From Hemiscyllium ocellatum (lineage: Eukaryota): a DNA stretch of 64,000 nucleotides. Location: the NCBI RefSeq assembly GCF_020745735.1, contig NC_083409.1:21090098-21154097 (forward strand), read 5' to 3'. The notes under the pieces are model-generated. The model was not told where the DNA came from and did not search any database. It was given only the letters and a program-made list of their open reading frames with translations. This document shows, in pieces, positions 1 to 11,321 of the stretch. The stretch's first letter is position 1. The number at the start of each line of letters is the position of its first letter. Made by a program: the position numbers and the translations under genes.

Positions 1-19
1 ACTACTGGGATAGGAAAAG

Positions 20-256
20 AACTCGTGGTATCTTTGCCAGACCATAAATCTGAAGAACCAAATAAAGTTCTGGGCACCTGTGTTTGAATCCCACCATTCA
101 GGTGGAGGAATTTTAATTCAAAAACAATCTGGAAATCAGGTGACCATGAAGCCATTCGTGATTGTCAGAAAAACAAATCATCTGGTTCACTATTGTCCTT
201 GAGGGAAGGAAGACTGCTGTCCTTCCACTAGTCTGGCATACACGTATCACCAGATC
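20..256 (+). mobile_element. Decayed tRNA-derived SINE, family B (unnamed)
   Basis: Shares the body motif catctggttcacta..gtcc..agggaagga...gtctggc with the copies at 5048 and 21605. Confidence 0.55.
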
Positions 257-309
257 CGAGGAGTAACCTACCCAGATCTATTCCCCTCTCCTAGATTCGC
301 CTGAAGAAT

Positions 310-520
310 GTGCCTAACTGAACACTATGGGCAATTTTAGCATGGCCAATCCACATATCCTGCATATGTTTAGATCGTGGGAGGAAAGCAGAGTACCCAG
401 AGGAACCCCACACAGACACGAGGAGAATGTGCAAACTCCACACAGTCAGTCACTTGGGACTGGAATCAAACTCAGGTCGCTGGTGCTGTCACGCAGCAGT
501 GCTAACCACAGAGCCACAAC
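310..520 (-). mobile_element. HE1-like V-SINE, decayed partial copy
   Basis: Reverse complement of the HE1 motifs: atgggcaattttagcatggccaat, gcaaactccacacag, and the tRNA-like head gtgctaaccac. Confidence 0.75.
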
Positions 521-1227
521 CCACAAAAACAGCAAAAACCAAAAGAGTTGAGCATTCGTTAACCTCCTTGAGCCTGACATGATATAAACTATAAACATGA
601 ACCCTCCATCCAGGAAGGTAGTGGAGTGTGGAAAGCTTACAACATTTAAATATCATAACATTCACGGATTTGAGACAAGTGCAGGAAATTGGGATTAGAG
701 TGCCTTTAGTGGTAGTTATGCCGGTGCAGACTCAATGGGCCATAGGGCCTTTCGATGCTGAATCAACTTATGCACCCTGCTGAGAGGGCAGTGCAGGTTA
801 ATGGTGACCAGGTTAGTTAGTTAAGATGGCAGACACATGATCAAGAGTCAGAGGAAATGGCTCAAGCTTCAGTGAAGGCCCAAGTAGGTGCTTGGAAGGA
901 GGTTCAAGGCTAATGGAGACAAGGTCAATGGAGACTGAGCGAGAGCACAAGGTGCTGGCTGGCATCTCCAGGGGTTGCAGTGAGACATGTGGGGACAACA
1001 GTGGAGTGTGTAGGAAGGGAGTACCGTTACAGATTAAATGTGACCTTTGCCAGCAGCAACGTGACCTTCAGCACCAGGGGGTGTCCCTGACTGTGTCAGG
1101 CTCACTGGCTGTTCTCTTGTAATTCCACACAGACACTGATCTGGTCACCACAGAATTATATACTGGTCAATTTAACATCTCTTTTGAGGGTCTCATTGCA
1201 ATCTATAATTAACAGCAGAGAGAATGA

Positions 1228-1479
1228 AGATTAGATTATTTACAGTGTAGAAATAGGCCCTTTGGCCCAACAGGTCCACACTGACCCAGACCCATTCCCC
1301 TACACCTAACAGTATGGGCAATTTGGCATGGCCAATTCATCTAGCCAGCACAGATGGAACCCACACAGACAGGGTAGAGTGTGAAAACGCCACATTGGTA
1401 GTTGCCTGAGGCAGGAATTGAACCCGGGTCTCTGGTGCTGTGAAGTAGCAGCATTAGCCACTGTGCCACCGTGCCGCCC
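1228..1479 (-). mobile_element. HE1-like V-SINE with internal deletion
   Basis: Tail gattagatt..tacagtgtagaaataggccctttggcccaac and head ccactgtgccaccgtgccgccc. Confidence 0.85.
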
Positions 1480-1749
1480 CGTCGCATGTAGAGAATTGGA
1501 AATAGTCCACATAGATTTGTGATGGGTAATTTCTAACGAACAAACCAAATGCATTAAAATAATTGATAGGAAGTATAGTCTTCGCCACTTTCAGAAATAC
1601 GCAATAATTTTCCACAAAACAGTCTGCTGACCAAAGTTAAAACCCATGGGATTGAAGATGAATGTTTGACTTGGTTAGGATACTCGTTTAGTGACTGAAA
1701 ACCGGGAAAAAACGTGATGAATGCTGCTCCACAAGGATTCTGTGATGAG

Positions 1750-4605
1750 GCCTTAACAGGATGCAAATGCTGCAGGGAGGATAGAAAAGGAGGCAAGAGA
1801 GGAGGGGGAGTGGCATTTTTGATAAGGTATAGCATTACAGCTGTACTGAGGGAGGATATTCCTGGAAATATATCCAGGGATGTTATTTATGTGGAACTGA
1901 GAAATTTAAAAGGGATTATGACTTCATTGGGATTGGATTGTAGACCCTCTGATAGTCAAAGGGTAATTGAGAATCAAATTTGTAAGGAGATCCCAGCTAT
2001 CTGTAATAATAATAGGATGCTTATGGTAGGGTGTTTTAACTTTCCAAACATAGACTGGGACTGCCATAATGTTAAGGGTTGAGATGGAGAGGAAGTTGTT
2101 AAGTGTATACAAGAAAACATTCTGATTCAGTATGTGGATGTACCCAGTAGAGAAGGTGCAAAACTTGACGTACTCTTGGGAAATAAGGCAGGGCAGGTGA
2201 CTGAGGTTTCAGTGGGGGAGCACTTTGAGCCAGCGATCATAATTCTATTAGTTTTAAAATAGTGATGGAAAAGGGTAGACCAGATCTAAAAGTTGAAGTT
2301 CTAAAATGCAGAAAGGCCAATTTTGACGGTATTAGGCAAGAACTTTCGAAAGCAGATTGGGTACAGATGTTCGTAGGTAAAGGAACGACTGAAAAATGGG
2401 AAGCCTTCAGAAATGAGATAACAAGAATCCAGAGAAAGATTATTTCTGTTAAGGTGCAAGGAATGGATTTTAGGTATAGAGAATGCTGGATGACTAAATA
2501 TATTGAGTTTTGATTAACGAAAATAAGGAAGCAGAGGTCAGGTATAGGCAGGATAGATCCAGTGAATCATGAGAAGAGTATAAAGGCAGTAGGAGTATAC
2601 TAAAAAAGGAAATCAGGAGGGCAAAAAGGGGACTTGAGATAGCTTTGTCAAATAGAATTAAGGAGAATCCAAAGAGTTCTTACAAATGCATTAAGGGCAA
2701 AAAAAGTAACTAGGTAGAGAATAGGGCCCCTCAAAGATCAGCAAGGCAGCCTTTGTGTGGAGCCGCAGGAGATGGAGGAGCAACTAAATGACTATTTTGC
2801 ATCAGTATTTAATGTGGAAAAGAATATGGAAGGTATAGAATGTAGGGAAATAAATGGTGACATCCTGTGAATTGTCCATATACCGAGGAGGAAATGCTGA
2901 TGTCTTGAAACGCAGAAAGGTGAATAAATCCCCTGGACCTGATCAGGTGTACCCTAGAACTTTGTGGGAAACTAAGGAAGCAATTGCTGGGCCTCTTGCT
3001 GAGATATTTGTTTCATCGATAGTCACAGGTGAGGTGCTGGAAGACTGGAGGCTGGGTAACGTGGTGTCACTTTTTAAGAAAGCTTAAGAAAGCAGGGAAC
3101 TATACACCTGTGAGCCTGATGTCGGTGGTGGGCAAGTTGTTGGAAATCCTGAGGGGCAGGAGGTATATTTATTTCGAAAGGCAAGGACTGATGAGCGATA
3201 GTCAACATGGCATTATATGTGGGAAATCATGTCTCACAAACCTGATTGAGTTTTTTGAAGAAGTAACAAAGAGGATTGATGAGGGCAGATCTATATGGAC
3301 ATCAGAGAGGCATTCAACAAGGTTCCCCATGGGAGAGTGGTTAGCAAAGTCAGATTTCACATGGACAACTAGCCATTTGGATACAGAACTGGCTCAAAGG
3401 TAGAGGACAGAGGGTGGTGGTGGAGAGATGCTTTTCAGACTGGACGTCTGTGACCAGTCGTGTGTCTCAAGGATCTGTATTGGGTCCACTACTTTTCGTA
3501 ATTTATATAAATGATTTGGATATGAGCATAAGAGATACAGTTAGTAAGTTTGCAGACGACACCAAAATTGGAGGTTTGGTGGAAAATGAAGGAAGTTACC
3601 TCAGATTACAACAGGATCTTGATCAGATGGGCCAATGGTCTGAGAAGTGGCAGATGGAGTTAAATTCAGATAAATGTGAGGTGCTGCATTTTGGGAAAGC
3701 AAATCTTAGCAGGACGTATACACTTAATGGTAAGGCTCTAGGGAATGTTGCTGAACAAAGAGACCTTTGAGTGAAGGTTCATAGCTCTTTGATAGTGGAG
3801 TCGCAGGTAGAAAGGAAAGAAAATGGAGGAGCAACTAAATGACTATTTTGCATCAGTATTTAATGTGGAAAAGAATATGGAAGGTATAGAATGTAGGGAA
3901 ATAAATGGTGACATCCTGTGAATTGTCCATATACCGAGGAGGAAATGCCGCCTTACGGGCGGCACGGTGGCACAGTGGTTAGCACTGCTGCCTCACAGCG
4001 CCAGGGACCTGGGTTCAATTCCCGCCTCAGGCGACTGTCTGTGTGGAGTTTGCACGTTCTCCCGTGTCTGCGTGGGTTTCCTCCGGTGCTCCGTTTCCTC
4101 CCACAGTCCAAAGATGTGCGGGTCAGGTGAATTGGCCATGCTAAATTGCCCATAGTGTTAGGTAAGGGTATATGTAGGGGTATGGGTGGGTTGCGCTTCG
4201 GCGGGTCGGTGTGGACTTGTTGGGCCGAAGGGCTGTTTCCACACTGTAAGTAATCTAATCTAAAAAAAAGGTGTTTGGTATGCTTTCATTTATCGGTCAG
4301 AATATTGGGAGGTCATGTTGTAGCTGTATCGGACCTTGTTTAGGCTGCTGTTGAAATATTGCATGCAATTCTAGTCTCCCACCTATCGGAAAGATGTTGT
4401 GAAACTTGAAAGCGTTCAGAAAAGATTTACAAGGATGCTGCCAGGGTTGGAGGATTTGCACTATCGGGAGAGGCTGAGCAGGCTGGGGCTGTTTTCTCTG
4501 GAGCATCGGAGCCTGAGAGGAGGCCTTATTGAAGTTTACAAAAGTATGAGAGGCATGGATAGGATAAATAGACAGTCTTTTCCCTGGAGTGGGGGAGTCC
4601 AGAAC
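1750..4605 (+). mobile_element. CR1 LINE ORF2 remnant (APE endonuclease + reverse transcriptase), frameshifted, interrupted at 3823-4262
   Basis: ORF pieces read REDRKGGKRGGGVAFLI and GCFNFPNIDW (APE), then KSPGPDQVYPR, QHGIICGKSCLTNLIEFF, SQGSVLGPLLFVIYINDL and SKFADDTKIGG (RT), and C-terminal VQKRFTRMLPGL. Confidence 0.95.
3957..4262 (+). mobile_element. Full-length HE1-like V-SINE (young)
   Basis: Pol III A box (tggcacagtgg) and B box (ggttcaattcc), V-domain gtgtggagtttgcacgttctccc..., CR1-like tail gggccgaagggc..tttccacactgtaag, terminal taatctaatct. Confidence 0.95.
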
Positions 4606-4620
4606 TGCATGAATTAATGT

Positions 4621-5013
4621 AAAACTCTGTTATCTCACCTTTTAGTTTACAATCAATCTAAACATTATGGCAAAACAGAGAACACAGGAGGCTAACACCT
4701 TCAAATATTGTCTAGCTAACAGCTATGTTACAATTAACCTGAGAATGCAAAATTTGAAAAAAAAAGTTGTTGTGATTTTCACTTGAAAGAAGTGAAACTA
4801 TCATAGTATTCTCACAGATGAAAGCCTCCACAAACAATTACGTTATTATTCAAAGTATAATTTCAGTTACATCACACTGTAGACTTTTGCTATAAATTCT
4901 GTGTGACAATTGTACCCTCCACAACCACCTGACGAAGAAGTGGCGCTCCGAAAGCTAATGTGCTTCCAATTAAACCTGTAGGGCTACAGCCTGCTGTTGT
5001 GTGATTTTTAACT
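4621..5013 (+). mobile_element. Penelope-like element 3' fragment (family A) with degenerate hammerhead
   Basis: CTGACGA at 4929 and GAAAGCTA at 4950-4957, followed by the tail gtgcttccaattaaacctg...gtgtgatttttaact shared with the 5729 and 8571 copies. Confidence 0.6.
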
Positions 5014-5047
5014 GAATAAATTCAAGATAGAGATTGCCCACGTGTCG

Positions 5048-5285
5048 ACAGGCAGTGGCCTCGTGGTATCACCACGAGCTTGTTAATCCAGAGAGCCAAG
5101 TAATGTCCTGGGACACATGCATTCTAATCCTGGCAAGGCATTTAAGTTAAAAAAAACTCTGAAATTATGAATCTAAGGACTACCATTGTTGTGGGCAAAC
5201 TTCATTGGTCCCACCAATGTCCTTTAGATAGCTGTCCTTGCCCATATCGATTGACATATGACTCGAGACCTGCAGCAATGTAGAA
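5048..5285 (+). mobile_element. Decayed tRNA-derived SINE, family B
   Basis: Head ggcagtggcctcgtggtatc..ttaatccagag..taatgtcctggg; body similar to the reverse complement of 21605-21935. Confidence 0.55.
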
Positions 5286-5369
5286 TCATAGAATTCCTAC
5301 TGTGTGGAAGAAGGCCATCAAGTCCAAGCAGCATTCCACCCAGAAACGCAACCCTCTCCTATTGCTGTA

Positions 5370-5560
5370 ACCCGACATTTCCCATGGCCAATCCACCTAA
5401 CCTGCACATCCTTTGACTGAGAATACAAACTGGCGCACCCGGAGGAAACCCACACAGACATGGGGAGAACATGCAAACTCCACAAATTAAATCACCTCAT
5501 GATGGAATCGAAGCTAGGTACCTGGTGCTATAAGACAGTGGTGTTAGTCTCTCTGCCATC
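5370..5560 (-). mobile_element. HE1-like V-SINE, decayed partial copy
   Basis: catggccaatccacctaacctgcacatc...ggaggaaacccacacagacatggggagaacatgcaaactccac. Confidence 0.7.
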
Positions 5561-5632
5561 TATTCCTCATCTCTGATCTAAAAGACTAACCCTTATTCCC
5601 AGACTGCGACTCTGCTTTAGAATCGCCAGATA

Positions 5633-5845
5633 GGGGGTACAAAGTTTCAAATAACACAACACCAGGCTATAGTCCAACAGGTTTAATTGGAAGCAGTAGC
5701 TTTGGAGCGCCGCTCCTTCATCAACCACCTGATGAAGGAGTGGCTCTCCGAAAACTAATACTTCCAATTAAACCTGTTGGACTGAAACCTGGTACTATGT
5801 GATTTGTAACTTTGTACACCCCAGTACAACACCGGCATCTCCAAA
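5633..5845. mobile_element. Palindromic PLE-terminus element (family A): truncated inverted arm + full arm
   Basis: Left arm 5633-5723 is the reverse complement of the right arm 5730-5822; the right arm continues to ...caacaccggcatctccaaa. Hammerhead-like core at 5729-5757. Confidence 0.7.
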
Positions 5846-7614
5846 CCCAGGTAAGGGCACATCCTTCCAAAATCTATACTGTCAGGGCCCTGGAGAATTC
5901 AAAATGTTTCAGTGAAATCTCCTCCAACCTTCTAAATTCCAGGGAATCCTGACCCATTCTCCTCTATCAAAGCTGTTCTCTCTTTTTCTCTCTCTCCCCC
6001 CGATTCTTCAGATGGAGCCGGTTAGATTCGCTCAGAGCCCCAGTTTATTTGTAGTGTTCAGTAATGTGGGGATGCTGATGGTGGACTGAGGTACTCTTCA
6101 TGAAGGAGCAGCGTTTCAGAAGCTTGTGATTTAAAACGAATTAGTGGGCTAGAACCTGCTTTTGTGTGACTTCTGACTTTGTGTTTTTCGGGCAGAGTGA
6201 AACAACTGCCCTCTCTTACCTATAGAATACTTGCAAAGCAGCTGAGGATTATGGGTTATGACTCCTTCCATTAGCCATGAATAAACCTACATTCATTGCA
6301 GTCGATTCCAGTGGGAATGACCTGTCAGTTGCTTCCCAGGTATTACATGGCTCATCATGGCCATCTCCTGGAGAGTTCGGGAAGGGCAATAAATAACCGA
6401 CACGTCAACGCCCGCCCCCACCCCATCCCAGGAGAAATCAAAATAGATGGCATACAATTCAAATGATCAAACTGGTGAAGCTTGAATTCGTCTCTTTGAA
6501 AGAACCTTGGCCAGAAACAGAGCCACGACATGGGTGACCGTGGTTTGTCAAATTGAAAGGTGGAGTGTCATTCGGATTAACAGTGGGAGCATCAAACATG
6601 AATCATACTCAAAGATCTAACAAATGGCTATCAAAACGTGTCCACAAACTGCAGAGAATATCACTTGAGGTTTCACGTCCCCATCTCCATCCTTGCTTGT
6701 TGCCCTTCCCTTCTGTCCTGCAGAGGGCGGTGGTGACCCATGAGTTTCGGGAGGGGGTTTTGACAGAGGGACAAGGTGATGTCCTCGGCCTGAGCACAAC
6801 TGCCTGACCTGCTGTGCTTTGCCAGCTCCACACTTCTCGACTCCAAGCACAACTATTCCTCAGGAGAATGAGCTGTGACACAAGAGGAAACATGGGAGTG
6901 TTGGAAAGGCACCAACAACCTGGTCAGCTTGCAGAGGGGTAGAAACAGATTTTATGAATGAGCTGATATCCTCCCAAGCTGAGATGCAGACTCACGCTTT
7001 AAGAGTCACACAGTTTACATTGTTACTGACCGTGGTCCCAAGGGCAATACTCCTGCATCATGGACAAAATGGTCATTGGATTGAAAGCCACCTCAGAAAT
7101 GAGAGCACAGACTCCAGGCTGAGACTGTGGTGCACTTTTGAAAGTTGCACAGTCTCCGGGTCCATCATTTGAGGCTCCACCACCACCACCATACTCCAAC
7201 CACCCCTACCTCAGGGAGCTCGATAAGATCCCATTCTGAAGCGATTCCCTCTGGTATCCTGCTCATTATTCAACGAGTGCCAACAAAACAGATGTTTCTC
7301 GCCATTCATTTCCTGTCTGTGGGACCTTACCATCTTGTCCGGGAACGTGACTGCTCTGTGCTCACAGCTTTGAATATTCTGAGATGATTAAATAAAACTG
7401 CACCATCAAGCGTTCTTACCTCATTATCATGTAAAAGGGAGAAGTTAATTTTTGGGGTTCAGTGATGTTTTATCAAAAAAGTAGCAACATTTCATTTTAT
7501 TTCATTTTAGGTTGTTTTATATTATTTTATTTAAATTTTCTTGCTCAAATATTATCCCGCTTGATCGGCACCACTTCCACACATATCCATTCCCTCCACA
7601 CCAACATTCAGTAA

Positions 7615-7900
7615 CATTTCTGTACTATCTACAAGATGCATTTCAGAAATTCACCAAAGGTCCTGAGATAACACCTTCTAAACCATGATTACTTGAATCA
7701 AGAAGGACAAGGGCAGCATCATCCCAGCAAGTTCCTCTCCAAGCCAATCACCAGGTTGACTTGGAAATATCGTCACTAGCTCAGAATCCTGGAATTCCCT
7801 TCCTAAAGACATTGTGGGTGGACCTACAGCACACAGACTGCCCCGGTTAAAGAAGGAAGCTCAGCACCATCTTGTCCAGGACAATTAAAGATGGACAGGA
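7615..7900 (+). mobile_element. 3' fragment of an L2/CR1-clade LINE
   Basis: caagaaggacaagggcagc ... cctacagcacacagactgc..cggttaaagaaggaagctcagcaccatctt; paralogous to 45290-45540. Confidence 0.55.
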
Positions 7901-7904
7901 AAAG

Positions 7905-8170
7905 CATTGGTAAAAGTAAGAGTAGGCGTGATTCGGGATCAGAAAGTGAGACTGTGATGTCTCAGTTTTTCCTGGACATTGGTGCCATCACATCTCAAAT
8001 ACTGTATTGTATGTAGTTTTTGTCTCCTTATTGAAGGAAGAATATAAATGCATTGGAGATATTTCAGAGGAGTTTTACCCGATTGAGCCCTGCTATGAGT
8101 GCGCTGTGTGATGAGGAAGGATTGGAAGGCTGGTCTTGTTCTCTCTGGAGTTGAGAAGAGTGAGGGGTTT
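7905..8170 (+). mobile_element. CR1 ORF2 C-terminal fragment
   Basis: Decayed match to the LVRPHLEYC..FWSP..RKD..ALE.VQRRFTR.....YEERL..LGLFSLE region. Confidence 0.65.
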
Positions 8171-8450
8171 TCCTGTCCCACTGAATTCTCCTGCCCCTTA
8201 CTACACGTGGAATTGAACTGTGCGATCATGAGGCCTATAAATTCCTTCTAATACTAAGTCTCCAGGTACCTCCGGCACTCCCTGACATATCACTGCTTTT
8301 TCAATTCAGCTTTCATTTCAAATTCCCTGAGTGGGAGTTCCTGTAGTTTTATATATTCACTGCAGTTGAATTTATCCTGAATCATTTCAATGCAATAAAG
8401 AAATGTTGATCTCACTTACAACTGAAAAATTTCCATTCCTTCATTAGATC

Positions 8451-8657
8451 ATGATTTGGAGATGCCGGTGTTAGACTGGCATGTATAAAATTAAAAATCA
8501 TACATCACCAGGTTATAGTCCAACAGTTTTAATTGGAAGTACACTAGCTTTCGGAGCGACGCTCCTTCACCTGATGAAGGAGCGTCGCTCCGAAAGCTAG
8601 TGTGCTTCCAATTAAACCTGTTGAACTATAACCTGGTGTTGTGTGATTTTTTAACTT
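8451..8657. mobile_element. Palindromic PLE-terminus element (family A), young
   Basis: Arm 8488-8569 pairs almost perfectly with 8575-8657. The left arm carries the full terminus atgatttggagatgccggtgtt. Confidence 0.8.
8568..8602 (+). ncRNA. Minimal type-I hammerhead ribozyme motif, intact core
   Basis: cac (stem I 5') - CUGAUGA - A - GGAGC guc GCUCC (stem II) - GAA A GC U A (palindromic helix III AGCU, cleavage triplet CUA) - gug (stem I 3'). Predicted cut 3' of 8599. Confidence 0.75.
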
Positions 8658-9195
8658 CATTAAAACAGTAATTGTCTTCAATCTCTCTTTTGAAGTTACA
8701 GTACTTTGCATTTCTTAACCTTCCCTAATGGACACATCCTGAAGCAATCTATTTACACAATCCCTCAAACCAAACAATTCCCCGCTTCCTATTCTCTTGT
8801 TGATAATTGTCTTTCATTCAAATCAAGTGCATGTGCAGGCTCCCAGCAGCCGAAGTGACAGTTCCAAATCAGTTTGGAAAAGCCAAGGTCGATCTCCTTC
8901 CCCAATTCACCAAACTGCCACACTGACCAAACCTCCCAGCATTCCCCTCTGTGTTGGTTGCACTCAGTGCGAGCTGCACTTTACAAGCTGCCCTGTATTT
9001 AGACTGCTTCTGATTTATATCTCTCCATTCTGTTGTGCTGTTGTTCAGGATCTGGGTTAAGCTCACTCATTTCTCAATTGAGAGCTTCCTTCTTTCAGCC
9101 TGAAAGAGACTTCACATTTGCTAACAGGAAATATGACTTCAATGCTGGAAACTTTTCAGGATTGATGGGCTCAATGAAATAACCTTGCCTAATCT

Positions 9196-9592
9196 CTTCC
9201 GGGGTCGACGTTTCAGGTGTAACCGTTTTCAGGAAGGTGGTGGGTGTCAGGGGAGTTGCAGATAAAGGGGTGCGTGGGAGCGATGTGGTGAGGTGGGGAT
9301 AGGTTGAGAAAAATAGAGAGTATGAATTGATTGATCGATGGGAGAGATGAATCCAGAATCATCCCTCCCTTCGACCAACCAGATCCTACCCTCTACCTGT
9401 CTCCACTTATCCCCACCTAACCACCCTGCCCCCACCGTTCCCTTTATCTGCAGTTCCCTCAACACCCACCCACCCAACTTCCAGAAGAAGGGCTACACCC
9501 AAAACGTCGACTTCTCCACCTCCTGATGCTGCCTGGCTGGCTGTGTTCTCCCATCCTCCTGCTTGTCAACCTTGGATTCCAGGATTTGCAGG
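9196..9592. mobile_element. PLE-terminus inverted-repeat element (family C, stem II gggNtacaccc) with two degenerate hammerheads
   Basis: Arm ~9196-9310 is the reverse complement of ~9400-9520. The cores read ctgaaaacggttacacctgaaacgtcgac (minus) and cagaagaagggctacacccaaaacgtcgac (plus). The right arm continues into the tail cctgatgctgcctggctggctgtgttc. Confidence 0.7.
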
Positions 9593-10789
9593 GTTGTTTT
9601 GTTTCTAATCAATTCAGGGGCCAGGATGAGTGTGAGGAGATTGGGTTTTGATGGAACTACCCACAGACTGAAATCAAAAGAAGCAAAGCAAGAAAGGCAA
9701 GTGGATCAAATGTGAGAGAGCAAATTGTGAGCAAAACGTAATTGTTACCAGTTTAGCAATTGCAAAGGAGAGAGCGACAACATTGAATTGCTTCTGGTGT
9801 CATCCTCTACGCCCTGACATTTCACAGAGCCAACTCCACATCCTTCCATTAGTTTTGTCATTGAGAGGAAACATTTCCCTTCCCACAGCCTTTTTAAAAA
9901 TGTCCTGTCCCAGGGAATCACTGAGGCAGAGAATACTTCACCTTTTCTGGGAAAGATAGGGAAATATAGGATGCTAAGGAGCAGTTTCTCTGCCTTCAGG
10001 ATCTGACAGAAGGATGTGGTAGTCTGTGGATTCTGGAGACAGATCACTGAGCTATTCCTCACTTCCATCAACGCCTGACATTATTCTAACAACAGTTTCT
10101 ATTCTTCATTATAAAGTACCCCCACCAGCTTCAGACTGGACATTTCACACCCAGTCCCCATTTCCCCACAATCAAGAAACAAACTTGCCCCATCTCAGGA
10201 TTGCCCTCTGAATGTGGTGTCAGTGTGCTAATGCTGTGTTTGAATGAAAGAGCCATGGTGGAATCTGGGACTGAATCAAAGGGTTTTCTGATTCACTAGC
10301 AGCCTCCCCGCTGTGTGAGGGTCTGTTTGGATAGGATTTTAGCCCCATTGGTTCCCACTGATACTAAAGCCCTAGAGGGAGATTATTGAAGTCACATGTG
10401 GACTGAGGAACACAACAGTCAGGTCAATGAGCTGCTCTGGAATGCTCCCTGAGCCCTGGATGACTCTCACTGAGATGGCCCAGGGGTTACAGAATATGAC
10501 AGCAGAAAGTGGAAGAAGTTTATCATTGACTGCCCTCCTCAGCCGTGACACCCAGTTTCCCCAGATTTAACATTCTCAATCTGGCTCCATTGACACACGG
10601 GCCCATTCCATTGCACTTTAAGAGTAAAGAAAACCCATGTCTAATTTAAGGCATATTCATTTACCAAAACCTGTGAAATTGTTGTTCTGAGTAACAAGAT
10701 GCTACTGGTCATATTCATCAATGCAGAGTTCCCAGTAGCTCTGGCCATTTCCAAAGGACACAGGAGACAGAGACTGAATCTTCTTCATC

Positions 10790-10795
10790 TTTATT
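10790..10795 (-). terminator. Polyadenylation signal (AATAAA) of the IgL constant exon
   Basis: First canonical AATAAA on the minus strand downstream of the stop codon (~530 nt), followed by a GT/T-rich element (tctctgtctcctgtgtcctttg). Confidence 0.6.
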
Positions 10796-11321
10796 CCCTT
10801 TTCCAGATTGACATTGACAGAAAAAAGGCTGCAATTCACAGCCCAGACAGAGGAAGCTGCTCAAAATCATAGCCACAATGGAGCTTGAGGAAAACACTTG
10901 TGGAGATTTTCTCAATAACCTAAGAATCCTCTCCCTTTAAGTAGTAACAGAAGCTTAAATTCGAACTGACGGCTGAGCAGGATGGAGATCTGGTTTACTG
11001 AAGTAGAGATTTCTGAGGTTCACATTGTTTTGTACAGCTGACAGTCTTCAGCATCTCCGAGAAGTTTTACTTGGCATCACAAGTCATCACTGTCCCCACA
11101 AAACACTCCCAGAACCGGGTCAGCATGGGGTTTGATACAGAGTAAAGCTTCCTTTTGATTATCCGAATGACCTGCCTTAACCCTTGAACCTCGGAAATGT
11201 CACCGAGCCAATCCCAAGAAGGAAGAGAGTTGAAATCCAGTGCTGACAATGACCTTTGCCCTGCCAACTCAGCCCTGTTCTATCCAAAGTTGTGTTTCCT
11301 CCGTGGACTGTCTCAAACACG

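Noticed and set aside
802-1150. 10-bp inverted repeat (tggtgaccag / ctggtcacca) bracketing ~350 bp
   Set aside because: No target-site duplication and no second copy; compatible with chance.
3957-4030. tRNA-like sequences with A/B boxes
   Set aside because: They are SINE heads continuing into the V-domain and LINE-like tail, not tRNA genes.
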